Shown: one piece after another, positions 46,181 through 56,000 of the stretch
Layout of the letters: every line of letters begins with the position of its first letter
Numbering within the stretch: the first letter of the stretch is position 1
Origin: an uncultured Actinomycetes bacterium
Lineage (GTDB): Bacteria; Actinomycetota; Acidimicrobiia; IMCC26256; DASPTH01
NCBI GenBank assembly: GCA_963784595.1
Contig: CAWARX010000007.1
Coordinates: 410-64,409 of the forward strand
Length of the DNA stretch: 64,000 nt
Direction: 5' to 3'
The notes under the pieces: generated by a model
Told to the model about the DNA's origin: nothing
Seen by the model: only the letters and a program-made list of their open reading frames with translations
Database searches by the model: none
Position numbers and translations under genes: made by a program

Positions 46181-46198
46181 CGGGAGTCCTTTCCCTAG

Positions 46199-46516
46199 CT
46201 AGATGCAGCCGCGAGGCTTGGGGATGCCGGCGATCTTCGCCGCGAGCTTGGCCGGACCCTTCGGGAACAGCTGGTAGAGCTCCTTGATCGGCACGCCCGA
46301 CGTCTTGCCCAGCGCACGGACGCTGGGGCCCGTGCCCTTGGCGAAGTACTCGTCGCGCATGAAATGGATGACCTGCCAGTGTCTCGGCGTCAGCGGGTCG
46401 ATGTCCTCCCGCCGGGCGATCTCGACGGCCATGTCCTCGGTCCACTGGTCGGGATGCTCGAGGAAGCCCTCGTCGTTGAGGGCGACGTCGACGCCCGCGA
46501 TGGTCTCGGTGGCCAT
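46199..46516 (-). CDS. tusE: TusE/DsrC-family sulfur relay protein (single C-terminal Cys)
   Basis: NDEGFL...W...HWQVI...LYQLFPKGPAKLAAKIAGIPKPRGCI. Confidence 0.88.
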   Translation of the reverse strand: MATETIAGVDVALNDEGFLEHPDQWTEDMAVEIARREDIDPLTPRHWQVIHFMRDEYFAKGTGPSVRALGKTSGVPIKELYQLFPKGPAKLAAKIAGIPKPRGCI

Positions 46517-46543
46517 GGTGGTCGGCTCCTTGGTCGGGGGTGG

Positions 46544-47794
46544 TCAGGTGGCCGTGTCGGCCGGAAGGTCCTTGCCGGCGACGGGCATCTCCGGCGTGAT
46601 GCCCGGGATGTCGCGGCCCGGCAGCAGGGCGTGCCAGTAGAACCACTGGAACATGAGCTTCCCGAGATGGTTGAGCCGCGATTCCTTCAGCAGGGGGAGC
46701 CCCACGCGCGTGGGGAAGTGGCCACCGACGGGTTCCTGCTCGTAGTTGAAGTCGATGAGCATCGCCTTGTGGAAGCCGGTCTCGATGAAGCAATTGGCGT
46801 GACCGTCGTACGACGCGTCGAGCGTCTCGCCCCGAAGGAACCGCTGGATGTTCTCGACGAGCGTCTCTCCCTCGTAGTGCGTGACCGACCCGGCCTTCGA
46901 GACCGGCAGGCCGGTCGCGTCGCCGATGGCGAAGACGTTCGGCTTGACGTTGGACTGGAGGGTGTGCTCGTCGGTGAACACGAAGTCGAGCGAGTCGCCG
47001 AGGCCGGGGGACGCCCCGACGTAGGCGGCACCACTGTGCACCGGCACCACGACCGCCAGGTCGAAGGGGACCTCGCGATCGTCGTAGCTGACGAGACGCC
47101 CGCCCGCGCCGTCGACCTCGCCGGTGTTGAACTCCGTCACCAACTCGATGCCACGCTCGGCGAGCATCCCGCCCAACGTGCTCGACGCGGTCGGTGTCGT
47201 GAACGCGCCGTCGAGGGGCGTCACGAAGGTGATGGTGACCTGGTCGCGCACGCCGCGTTCATGGAAGAACCAATCGGCCAGGAAGCAGAACTCGAGCGGT
47301 GCCACCGGGCACTTGATCGGCATGTCGACCACGTTCACGACCAGCCGCCCGCGGTCGAAGGTCGCGAGCTTCGCCGCCAACGCGGTGGCCCCGGGCAGGT
47401 CGTAGAAGGTGAACACGGTGTCGAGCCAGGCCGGGCCCGTGAGGCCCTCGGTCTCTTCGGGGACGAGGCGTGAACCCGACGCGATGACGAGCACGTCGTA
47501 CTCGAGCACTGTGGCGTCGGCGAGGCGGACCTGCCCGGTGTCGATGTCGACGTGGTCGACGCCGCTCTGGTGGTAGTCGATGCCGGCGTGGAGTTGGCGC
47601 GACCGGGGCCGGACGATGTCTTCGGGATCCGCCAACCCGAACGGCACGAACAACAACCCCGGTTGGTAGACGTGACGATCGTCGGTGTCGACCACCGTGA
47701 TCGACGCCTCGGCCTCCGGGAGCGCCTTGCGCAACCGGTTGGCGGTGAGCGTTCCCCCTGTGCCTCCACCGAGAATCACGATCCGCGAGCTCAT
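46544..47794 (-). CDS. sqr: Sulfide:quinone oxidoreductase (type III-like)
   Basis: GGGTGG, HVYQPG, IKCPVAPLEF, AIGDA, YDGHANCFIETG. Confidence 0.85.
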   Translation of the reverse strand: MSSRIVILGGGTGGTLTANRLRKALPEAEASITVVDTDDRHVYQPGLLFVPFGLADPEDIVRPRSRQLHAGIDYHQSGVDHVDIDTGQVRLADATVLEYDVLVIASGSRLVPEETEGLTGPAWLDTVFTFYDLPGATALAAKLATFDRGRLVVNVVDMPIKCPVAPLEFCFLADWFFHERGVRDQVTITFVTPLDGAFTTPTASSTLGGMLAERGIELVTEFNTGEVDGAGGRLVSYDDREVPFDLAVVVPVHSGAAYVGASPGLGDSLDFVFTDEHTLQSNVKPNVFAIGDATGLPVSKAGSVTHYEGETLVENIQRFLRGETLDASYDGHANCFIETGFHKAMLIDFNYEQEPVGGHFPTRVGLPLLKESRLNHLGKLMFQWFYWHALLPGRDIPGITPEMPVAGKDLPADTAT

Positions 47795-47907
47795 ACTGCC
47801 TCCACGGTACGGGCCCGCGGGTGCGTCGCGGCAGGGCCGAACGACCCGAGTTCGCGGAAATCAGCAGGCACGGGCGGGTCCCGGTGAGCGCCCCGCCCGC
47901 CCGCGGG

Positions 47908-49056
47908 TCAGCGAATCCTGCCCGCGAGCACCCCGTCGAGCCACTGCTCGAGCGCGCGGACGTTCTGGATGTCCGGGGTGATGTTGTGGTCCCCGCTCGT
48001 GATCTCGTACCGGACTCCCCGCTCGGCGGGCGGACGAGCGAAGTCGTTGCGGGCCCGGGCCCACGCGTACGCGAGCGGCGTCCCCTGGGTCGCGGGGACG
48101 ACCAGCCCGTCCCGCGAGCCATAGATGAGGTAGGCGGGTGGGTCGCCGGCGTCGAGGTAGCTCACCGGGCTCGCCGCGGCGATCGTCGCCGAGGGACATG
48201 ACGCCGGGTCAGCGATCCGGCACCCGAGGTACGCGGTCATGATCCCGGGGGCCCAGCCTCCGACGTCGGCGAAGTTCGAGAAGTCGGATGGCCCGACCAT
48301 GTCGATGACGCCGATCGCCTTCGGCGAGACGCCGACGAGCTCGGGCGGCAACGTCGGGTCGGCGAACGCGCCGGGAGCGACTGCGGCCAGAATCGCGAGC
48401 TGCCCGCCGGCCGACGCGCCCGAGAGGATCATGCGGTCGGGATCGAGGCCCCAACGCGGCGCGTTGGCCTTCAGGAAACGCACCGCGCGGTCGGTGTCGT
48501 AGTCCGCCGCGGGGAACGTGTCGACGCGGTTGCCGTCGGCGTCCGTCGTGACCGGCCGGTAATCGACCGAGGCGACGGCGATGTCCGCGCGCGTGACCTG
48601 GCGCTTCAGCACCTCGGGGAACGCGGGCTCGTTGCCACCGATCCAACCCCCGGAGTGCAGGTAGACGAGGAAGGGGATCTTGTCGCTGGCGACATGACCG
48701 GGTGGCAGCAGCAATTCGAAGTGCTGGCGGGGGAGTGGTCCGTACGCGATCTCGTCGAGCTCGACGGTCGGCGGCGCCTGGTAGTCGGCGGGCAGTGCGT
48801 CGGCGTCGACCGAGGTCCGCAGATCGCCGGGACGCGGGGCGGGTACCACGAAGTCGGCGAGGGACGGGATCGTCGTGGTGGGCGTCGTCGTCGTGTCCGG
48901 GCCCGCGGCTTCCGGTGACGGGTTCGACCCGCCCGTGTCGAACACCCCAGCGAGGGCCAACGTCGCCGTCGTCACCCCGACCAGCACGAGCGTCCCGACC
49001 ACGAGCCCGACGGCGGCGCGCCGTCGTCGTGTCCGACTCCACCTCGCGCTGCCCAC
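47908..49056 (-). CDS. Secreted/membrane-anchored alpha/beta hydrolase (HSL/BD-FAE-like esterase)
   Basis: N-terminal TM segment, Thr-rich linker, YLHSGGW, GASAGG, DGLVV, GDH. Confidence 0.85.
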   Translation of the reverse strand: MGSARWSRTRRRRAAVGLVVGTLVLVGVTTATLALAGVFDTGGSNPSPEAAGPDTTTTPTTTIPSLADFVVPAPRPGDLRTSVDADALPADYQAPPTVELDEIAYGPLPRQHFELLLPPGHVASDKIPFLVYLHSGGWIGGNEPAFPEVLKRQVTRADIAVASVDYRPVTTDADGNRVDTFPAADYDTDRAVRFLKANAPRWGLDPDRMILSGASAGGQLAILAAVAPGAFADPTLPPELVGVSPKAIGVIDMVGPSDFSNFADVGGWAPGIMTAYLGCRIADPASCPSATIAAASPVSYLDAGDPPAYLIYGSRDGLVVPATQGTPLAYAWARARNDFARPPAERGVRYEITSGDHNITPDIQNVRALEQWLDGVLAGRIR

Positions 49057-49155
49057 GGCCGCTCATCATGCTCGGCGGGCGCGGCGGCGCGCGTTCAGGG
49101 GGCAGGCCGTAAGTTGGCGGTGGACCGCACCGTGAGCTCGTCACCGAGGAGGGCC

Positions 49156-50354
49156 ATGTCGTCGAACGACCCGTTCCAGCCCACGACCATCGGGCCGGTC
49201 GCGCTCCGCAACCACTTCATCAAGGCCGCGACCTTCGAGGGAATGGCGCAGGACAACCTGGTGAGCGATCGGCTGATCGACTTCCACCGGGTGATGGCAG
49301 CGGGCGGGATCGCCATGACGACGGTGGCGTATCTCGCGGTGTCGCCCGACGGTCAGGGCGCGCCAGCCGAGATCGTGGTACGCCCCGAGGCGGTGGCAGG
49401 CCTCCGGCGGCTGGCCGACGCGGTCCACGCCGAGGGCGCGGCCGTCTCCGCGCAGATCGGTCACGCCGGACCGGTGGCGGCGGGCACGGGACACCAGGGT
49501 CTCGCACCGTCACGGCAGTTCAGCCCGATCGCGATGAAGTTCACCAAGGCGGTCACCGACGCCGACATCGCCCGTATCACCGCCGACTTCGGGCGTGCCG
49601 CGGCGCTCCTGCAGGAAGCCGGGTTCGACGCGGTCGAGGTGCACCTCGGGCACAACTACCTGCCCAGCGCGTTCCTCAGCCCCGCGTTGAACAAGCGCAC
49701 CGACCGGTGGGGCGGGAGCATCGAGCACCGTGCCGAGTTCCCCCGCCGGATCGTGCGCGAGGTCCGCGCCGCGGTGGGCGATTCCATGGCCGTGCTGGCC
49801 AAGCTCAACATGATCGACGGCTACCGCGGTGGCATCTGGCTCAACGAGAGCATCGCCGCCGCGCGCCTGCTCGAGCATGACGGCGCCCTCGACGCCATCG
49901 AGCTCACCGGCGGCAGCTCGTTGAAGAACCCGATGTACCTCTTCCGAGGCGACGCGCCGATCGAGGAGATGGCCGCCGCGTTCCCCAGCCGTTGCGCACC
50001 GGCTTCAAGCTCATGGGGAAGCGCTTCCTGCCGTCCTACCCGTTCGAAGAGGCCTTCTTCCTGCCCGAGGCGCGGCAGTTCCGCGACGCGCTGTCGATGC
50101 CGCTCGTGCTCCTCGGTGGCGTGAACCGGTTCGAGACGGCCCAACGCGCGCTGGCCGAGGGGTTCCAGTACGTCGCCATCGGCCGGGCGCTGCTGCGGGA
50201 ACCCGATCTCCTTCAGCGGTGGCGCGCGGGCGATCACTCGGAGGGGCTGTGCGTCCACTGCAACAAGTGCATGCCGACCATCTACCAGGGCACGCACTGC
50301 GTGCTCGTCGCACCGGAAGACCGTCCGGGTCACCCCGCCATCATCCCTCGCTGA
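49156..50354 (+). CDS. NADH:flavin oxidoreductase (Old Yellow Enzyme family); frameshifted
   Basis: LRNHFIKAATFE, QIGHAG, GFDAVEVHLGHNY, NKRTDRWGG; C-terminal CVHCNKC...C. Confidence 0.88.
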
Positions 50355-51198
50355 GCGCGGCGACCTCCTGCGCGTCGAGGCGGATGCTCGCTGCAGTCGT
50401 GTTCTCCTCGAGATGCGCGACCGAACCGGTGCCCGGGATCGGCAGCATCGCGGCCGATCGTGCGAGGAGCCACGCGAGCACGACCTGGGTCGTGGTGACG
50501 CGGTGGCGCGACGCCACCTCCTGGAGCGGCGCGTTGCGCTCCGCGTCCTGGACGGGCGCCCAGGGGAGGAACGCGATCCCTTCCTGCTCGCACAGGTCGA
50601 CGAGCGATTCGGACCCGCGATCGGAGAGGTTGTAGCGGTTCTGGATCGAGACGACGGGCGTCAGGCGCTGCGCGACGCGGAGCTGGCCCTCGTTCACGTT
50701 CGAGAGCCCGATGTGGCGGATCTTGCCCTGCTCCTTCAGCTCGACCAGCGCGCCCACCGATTCCTCATACGGCACCGCCGGATCGGGCCGGTGGAGCTGG
50801 TACAGCGGGATCTCGTCGAGACCGAGGCGCCGCAGGCTGCCTTCGCACGCCTGCCGCAGGTGGTCCGGGTGTGCGTTCGACGGCCATTGCCCCGGGCCCG
50901 TGCGCACCAGGCCGCCCTTGGTCGCGATCACGAGGTCGTCGGGATAGGGAGCGAGGGCCTCCGCGATCAGCATCTCGCTCACGTCGGGCCCGTAGGAGTC
51001 GGCGGTGTCGATGAAGTTCACACCGAGCTCAACCGCCCGCCGGAGGACGGCTTTGGCCTCGTCGCGGTCACGCGGCTCGCCCCAGATGCCCTCCCCGGTG
51101 ATCCGCATCGCGCCGAAGCCGAGCCGGTTGACCGTCAGGTCGCCGCCGATGTCGATGGTGCCGGCTCCGCCGGCGACGGTCGTGATGGGGTCGTCCAT
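50341..51198 (-). CDS. Aldo/keto reductase
   Basis: LGFGAM, IDTADSYG, ATKGG, LYQLHR, PIPGT. Confidence 0.92.
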   Translation of the reverse strand: MDDPITTVAGGAGTIDIGGDLTVNRLGFGAMRITGEGIWGEPRDRDEAKAVLRRAVELGVNFIDTADSYGPDVSEMLIAEALAPYPDDLVIATKGGLVRTGPGQWPSNAHPDHLRQACEGSLRRLGLDEIPLYQLHRPDPAVPYEESVGALVELKEQGKIRHIGLSNVNEGQLRVAQRLTPVVSIQNRYNLSDRGSESLVDLCEQEGIAFLPWAPVQDAERNAPLQEVASRHRVTTTQVVLAWLLARSAAMLPIPGTGSVAHLEENTTAASIRLDAQEVAALSEG

Positions 51199-51319
51199 GG
51201 TTGATCTCCTCGTACCGGTCGTCGTCCGGCCCGGTCTATGCGATCGGGCGGTGACGGTGCCACCCGCGCTCAGCGCTGGCCGAGCAGCGAGGCGGGCACG
51301 TCCGGATCCCTACGCGGCC

Positions 51320-53265
51320 TCAGCTCGCGCCCTCGGTCATGCGGACGGCGACAGTCGTGGGTTCCTCTTGCGTCGGCGGTTCGAGCAACCACACGTACGC
51401 GCCGAACAGCAGGAAGAGGAGCCCAGGGATCACCCACAGGATCTCCTGGAAGACCGCGGCGTAGGCGAGGCACGGGAGTCCGGCGGCGATGACGAGCGGG
51501 AAGAACGACGGTGAGGGCATGTGGATGCCGGTCACGCTGGGTTGTTCTTCCGCGGCGGCCGCGCCACCGTGGGGGAGCGGGATCAGACGTCCGTCCGGAC
51601 CCTCCGTGTACTTGCGGTGCCACCAGTCGTCACGGGCCTCGATCATGGGGATCTCGGCGAAGTTGTAGGCGGGTGGCGGCGAAGGGATCGACCACTCGAG
51701 CGAACGGCCGTCCCACGGGTCGGGACCGGCGATCGGACCGCGCCTGGTCGAGTACAGCATGTTCACGAACATGATCAGCACCGAGAGGGCGATGATGAAC
51801 GCGCCGACGGTCTCGATCATGTTCATCGTGTTCCAGCCGTACCCGGAGGGGTAGCGGTAGGTCCGGCGGGGCATTCCGGTGAGACCGAGGATGTGCATCG
51901 GGAAGAACGTGAGGTTGAACCCGACGAGCATGGTCCAGAAGTTCCACTTGCCCAGTTTCTCGTTGAGCATGCGACCGGTGATCTTGGGCCACCAGAAGTA
52001 GAGCCCGGAGAAGATGCCGAACATGAGGCCGCCGAAGAGCACGTAGTGGAAGTGGGCGACGACGAAGTAGGTGTCGGTCTGCTGGGTGTCGGCGGGAACG
52101 ACCGCGTGCAGAACGCCAGAGAGCCCGCCGAGGGTGAACATCGCGATGAAGCCGAGCGAGAACAGCATCGCGGTCGTGAGCTTCACCGCGCCGCCGTAGA
52201 CGGTGCCCAGCCAGTTGAAGATCTTCACGCCGGTGGGGATGGCGATGAGCATGGTCGAGAGCCCGAACGCGGAGATCGCGACCGGCCCGAGGCCGGTGGC
52301 GAACATGTGGTGCGCCCACACGCCCCAACTCATGAAGCCGATGGCGATGGTCGAGAAGATGACGACCGAGTAGCCGAACAGCGGCTTGCGGGAGAAGACC
52401 GGGATGACCTCGGACAGGATGCCCATGCCCGGCAGGATCAGGATGTACACCTCGGGGTGGCCGAACAGCCAGAAGAGGTGCTGGTAGAGCAGCGGATCGC
52501 CGCCCTTCGATGCGAGGAAGAACGTCGTGTCGAAGTTGCGGTCGAAGAACACCATGATCATCGCCGCGGTGACGATCGGCATCGCGAACAATGTCAGGAA
52601 CGCGGTCACGAGCATCGACCATGCGAACGGAGGCATGCGCATGAGCGTCATGCCCGGCACGCGCATGTTGAGCGCGGTGACGATGATGTTGATGGCAGAA
52701 GTGGTCGAGCCGATGCCGAGCATCACGATGCCGACCGCCCAGAAGTCCGGCCCGTGACCCGGCAGGGCGCCCCCGGAGATCGGGGTGCTGGTGAGCGGCG
52801 TGTAGCCGAACCATCCGCCGTTCGGCGCGCCACCGAGGAAGAAGCTCGAATACATGAAGAGGCCGCCGAAGAGCACGACCCAGTACCCGAACATGTTCAG
52901 GCGCGGGAACACGACGTCGCGCGCCGATCTGGAGCGGCACGAAGTAGTTGGCGAGTGCCACCGAGAGCGGCATCCCCATGAGGAAGATCATGGTGGTGCC
53001 GTGCATGGTGAACATGGTGTTGTACTGGGCGGCGGTGAGGACACTGCCGTTCGGGCCCGCGAGCTGCAGGCGGATCAGCAGCGCCTCGACCCCACCGACG
53101 ACGAGGAAGAAGAGCGCCGTACCGCCGTAGAGCACGCCGATCTTCTTGTGGTCGATCGGTGGTGAACCAGCTCCAGAACCCGGTGGTCGAGGCCGGTCGC
53201 CGTAGCACCCGCGGCCGCGTGACTGCGACGAGCGCCTCGTCGACCGCGTCGTCGACGACGGTCAT
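51320..53265 (-). CDS. ctaD: Cytochrome c oxidase subunit I (A1-type heme-copper oxidase); frameshifted
   Basis: DHKKIG, MHGTTMIF, WLFGHPEVY, WAHHMF, VVAHFHYV, GMPRR; C-terminal IHMPSPS extension. Confidence 0.92.
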
Positions 53266-53733
53266 CAGCGCGTCGACGGCGAAGGGATCCGCAATCCGCT
53301 CGCCTGCCGCGGCGAAGCTCGCGAAGGCGTCACGCATCGCGGCCCGTTCGAGCGCGGAGAACGACAGGAGGATCGCGCGCACCTGTGCGCGGCGTGATGC
53401 CATGACCCGCTCCACGACGCGGCGCCCACCTGCTGACAGCGCGAGCCGGATCACTCGACGATCCTCGACGCCGGGATGCCGGAGGATGAGCCGCTTGGCG
53501 GCGAGTCGATCGGCGAGACGCGTGGTGGTCGACGGCCTGATGCCGAGCCGTTCGGCGAGACCGCTGACCGTTATCGAGTCCTGGTCGGCGAGGACCACGA
53601 GGGCACGGAGCTGCGGGAGGGTGAGCTCGTGGGGAAGCTCGGCGGCCGATTGGGCGGCGATTCCGTGCATGACCTTCGAGACGGCCATCGCGGCCTCGAC
53701 ATCGGCGTCGAGCGAATGGAAATCGGGTGTCAT
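53265..53733 (-). CDS. MarR family transcriptional regulator
   Basis: LTLPQLRALVVL...LAERLGIRPSTTTRLADRL...EDRRVIRLALSAGG; as read, in frame with the ctaD start. Confidence 0.85.
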
Positions 53734-53734
53734 G

Positions 53735-53771
53735 TAGCTGCAATTTAGCAGTAGATGTAGTAATGCAGCTA
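53735..53771. promoter_or_regulatory. AT-rich promoter with TAGCTGCA/TGCAGCTA inverted repeat (candidate MarR operator)
   Basis: tagctgca at 53735-53742 and tgcagcta at 53764-53771, directly upstream of the marR ATG. Confidence 0.5.
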
Positions 53772-53789
53772 ATTCTCGGTCGGTCCCGC

Positions 53790-54263
53790 TCAGCGGGGCT
53801 TCGTCACCCGCCCGACCTCGATCGGCACCGCGCCATCGTCCGAGTGACCGGCGAGCAGTCGCTCGAGGGCGTGCGCCATCTTGGCGGCGCGGTCGACTGC
53901 GAGGTCCGCGGTCGGTCCTTCGAACTGCTCGTGCACCGTCTCGGTGAAGAGGGCCAGCCAGCGGTCGAAGTGGGCCGGTGTGAACGGCACCTTCCGGGCG
54001 ACGGGTTGATGCGCGCGCAGCGGATTGCCGGCGTAGCCGCGGACGCCGAAGAGCTGCCACATCCAGAAGTCGGTGACGGTCTCGAGGTGACCGGGCCAGT
54101 CGACCGCGGCGGCGACGAACACCGGCCCGAGGAGATCGTCCATCGCCGCGGCGCGGTAGAACCGGACCACCAGCGACTCGACATCGTGGCGGGTCGCGAT
54201 GTCGTGGCGATCGTCGAAGAGGTGGGCCCAGCAGGCCGCGTCGCCGCCGGCGTCGTCCGCCAT
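53790..54263 (-). CDS. Group III truncated hemoglobin (trHbP-like)
   Basis: DIATRHDVESLVVRFY...DDLLGPVF...DWPGHL...DFW...Y.GNP..AH...HFDRWLALF. Confidence 0.88.
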   Translation of the reverse strand: MADDAGGDAACWAHLFDDRHDIATRHDVESLVVRFYRAAAMDDLLGPVFVAAAVDWPGHLETVTDFWMWQLFGVRGYAGNPLRAHQPVARKVPFTPAHFDRWLALFTETVHEQFEGPTADLAVDRAAKMAHALERLLAGHSDDGAVPIEVGRVTKPR

Positions 54264-55064
54264 CAGACGAGCACCCCGATCGCGGTGCCGGCGACGACGA
54301 CGAGGCCGAACACCATCTGCCAGATGCCGACGACCTTCGCCGGGCGGGCCGGGCCACGGCTCCAACCGAACTGTGTGACGGTGACCGCGAGCACGCAGAG
54401 CGCACCCACGGCGACGCCGGCGTCGACGAGCCACGCGACCACCGCGATCGCGACCCCCGCCAGCTGTGCGAGATCGCTGTCGGAGGTCGACGAAGATCCG
54501 TGGTGCAGGCGGAGCACCTGACCCCGCGCGAACGTGACCGACGCGACCGCGCGCGCCGCGAGCACACACCAGAGCGCGATGGCCAACGACGCGGCACCGC
54601 CGTCGGCGACCACGATCGCGGCGACGAAGCCGGAGATGCCGATCGCTCCGCACAGCTCGGGCACCAGGCGCCGGCTCCGGCTGCCGCGCGTCGAACCACA
54701 GCTCGACGACGAAGAACGGCATCGCGGCGCCGATCGGAATCAGCCATTCCGCCCCCGCCGATGCGACCGCGGTCGCGACGAGCGTCACGAGCAGCGCGAG
54801 TTCCACCGCCGCGAACCGACCGGCGACCCGTGTACGGTCGAGTCGACGACCACGACGGTGGTCGACGAGAACGATCTTCATCGGCGTCCACGCGAGGAAC
54901 GCGAGGAACGCGACCGCACCGATGGCCGCCCCCGCGAGCGACGGCGCGACCACGAGACCGAGCAGAGCCGGTTCGAGGGTCAACCCCCAGCCCCCGTGCT
55001 CGCTCGGAAGCGCGACCGCTCGCCACGGGGATCGCGCCGCGGGTGCGGCCGAGACGCCGGTCAC
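54263..55064 (-). CDS. YwiC-like membrane protein (frameshifted)
   Basis: WRAVALPSEHGGWGLTLEP; multiple TM segments; AKVVGIWQ. Confidence 0.8.
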
Positions 55065-55471
55065 CGCACACCACCGGCAGCGAGTTGCGCGAGCGAGACG
55101 TTCCCGAGCTCGGCGAGCAGCTCGGCGCGGGCTCGACCCCAGGCGAGATGGAGCGCGCAGTGCGGCGCGCCGCCGCACGGGCGGTCGGCGACGACGCAAC
55201 GCCCGACGTCCGTCGGGCCGTCGACGGCCTCGATGACGTCCAGCACGGTCATCGCGTCGAGCGCCGCGGCCACCGAGTAGCCGCCGCGGGGGCCGGGATC
55301 CGAGCGGACCCATCCCCGCTTGACCAATGGCCCCACGATCTGGGGGACGAACCCGCTGGTGGTCTCGAGCGCCCGGGCGAGCTCACCGGCCTTGACCCGG
55401 CCGTCGCGCAGGGAGAGCGTGAGCAGCGCCCGCACCGCGAGGTCGGCCCGGCGAGAGATCTCAAGTCTCAT
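55061..55471 (-). CDS. Rrf2 family regulator with three Cys (putative Fe-S)
   Basis: RRADLAVRAL...GPRGGY...LDVIEAVDG...CVVADRPCGGAPHCALH. Confidence 0.9.
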   Translation of the reverse strand: MRLEISRRADLAVRALLTLSLRDGRVKAGELARALETTSGFVPQIVGPLVKRGWVRSDPGPRGGYSVAAALDAMTVLDVIEAVDGPTDVGRCVVADRPCGGAPHCALHLAWGRARAELLAELGNVSLAQLAAGGVR

Positions 55472-55538
55472 AGTGAGAGACTATGAGATTCAGGTGTCGC
55501 GGCACAAGGGACCGGTCGCGGTATGGGATGCTCGGGGT

Positions 55539-56000
55539 ATGGACGACACCGGCGTCGTGATCAAGGACGTTTCCCACGTGTCGATCGCCGTCTCCGACAT
55601 GGAACGGTCGATCGCCTTCTACCGGGACGTGTTCGGGTGGGAGCAGCTCTTCGACGAGCGCATGGAAGGCGAGGCGTTCGAAACCCTCACCGGCGCGGTC
55701 GGCGCCTCGGGGCGGGCCTGTGGCGGGCGGATCGGTTCGCTGCGGGTCGAGCTCATGTGCTTCAACTTCATCCCGGCGGTCGCGGCCTCGTCGGGGCTGG
55801 GGCTGCGGGTCCTCTCGATGGAGGTGGCCGACGCCCGTGCCGCGCACGACGCGCTGGTCGCGCGCGGCGTCCCGGTCTCGGGGCCCCCGGTCGAGGTCTT
55901 CGGCGTGCACATGTTCTTCGTGGTCGATCCCGACGGCCAGGGCATCGAGATGTGCGAGTACGTCCCCGGAGGGCCCGCGTGGGGCGGCGCCTACCCCTGA
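55539..56000 (+). CDS. VOC/glyoxalase family protein
   Basis: SHVSIAVSDMERSIAFYRDVFG...FVVDPDGQGIEM. Confidence 0.85.
   Translation: MDDTGVVIKDVSHVSIAVSDMERSIAFYRDVFGWEQLFDERMEGEAFETLTGAVGASGRACGGRIGSLRVELMCFNFIPAVAASSGLGLRVLSMEVADARAAHDALVARGVPVSGPPVEVFGVHMFFVVDPDGQGIEMCEYVPGGPAWGGAYP

Noticed and set aside
46199-46516. DsrC indicating dissimilatory sulfite reduction or reverse Dsr
   Set aside because: It lacks the second conserved Cys, and there is no dsrAB/dsrMK in the window; it is TusE-like.
48865-48900. Short gtc/gtg repeat tract
   Set aside because: It encodes the Thr/Pro linker (DTTTTPTTTIP) of the secreted esterase.
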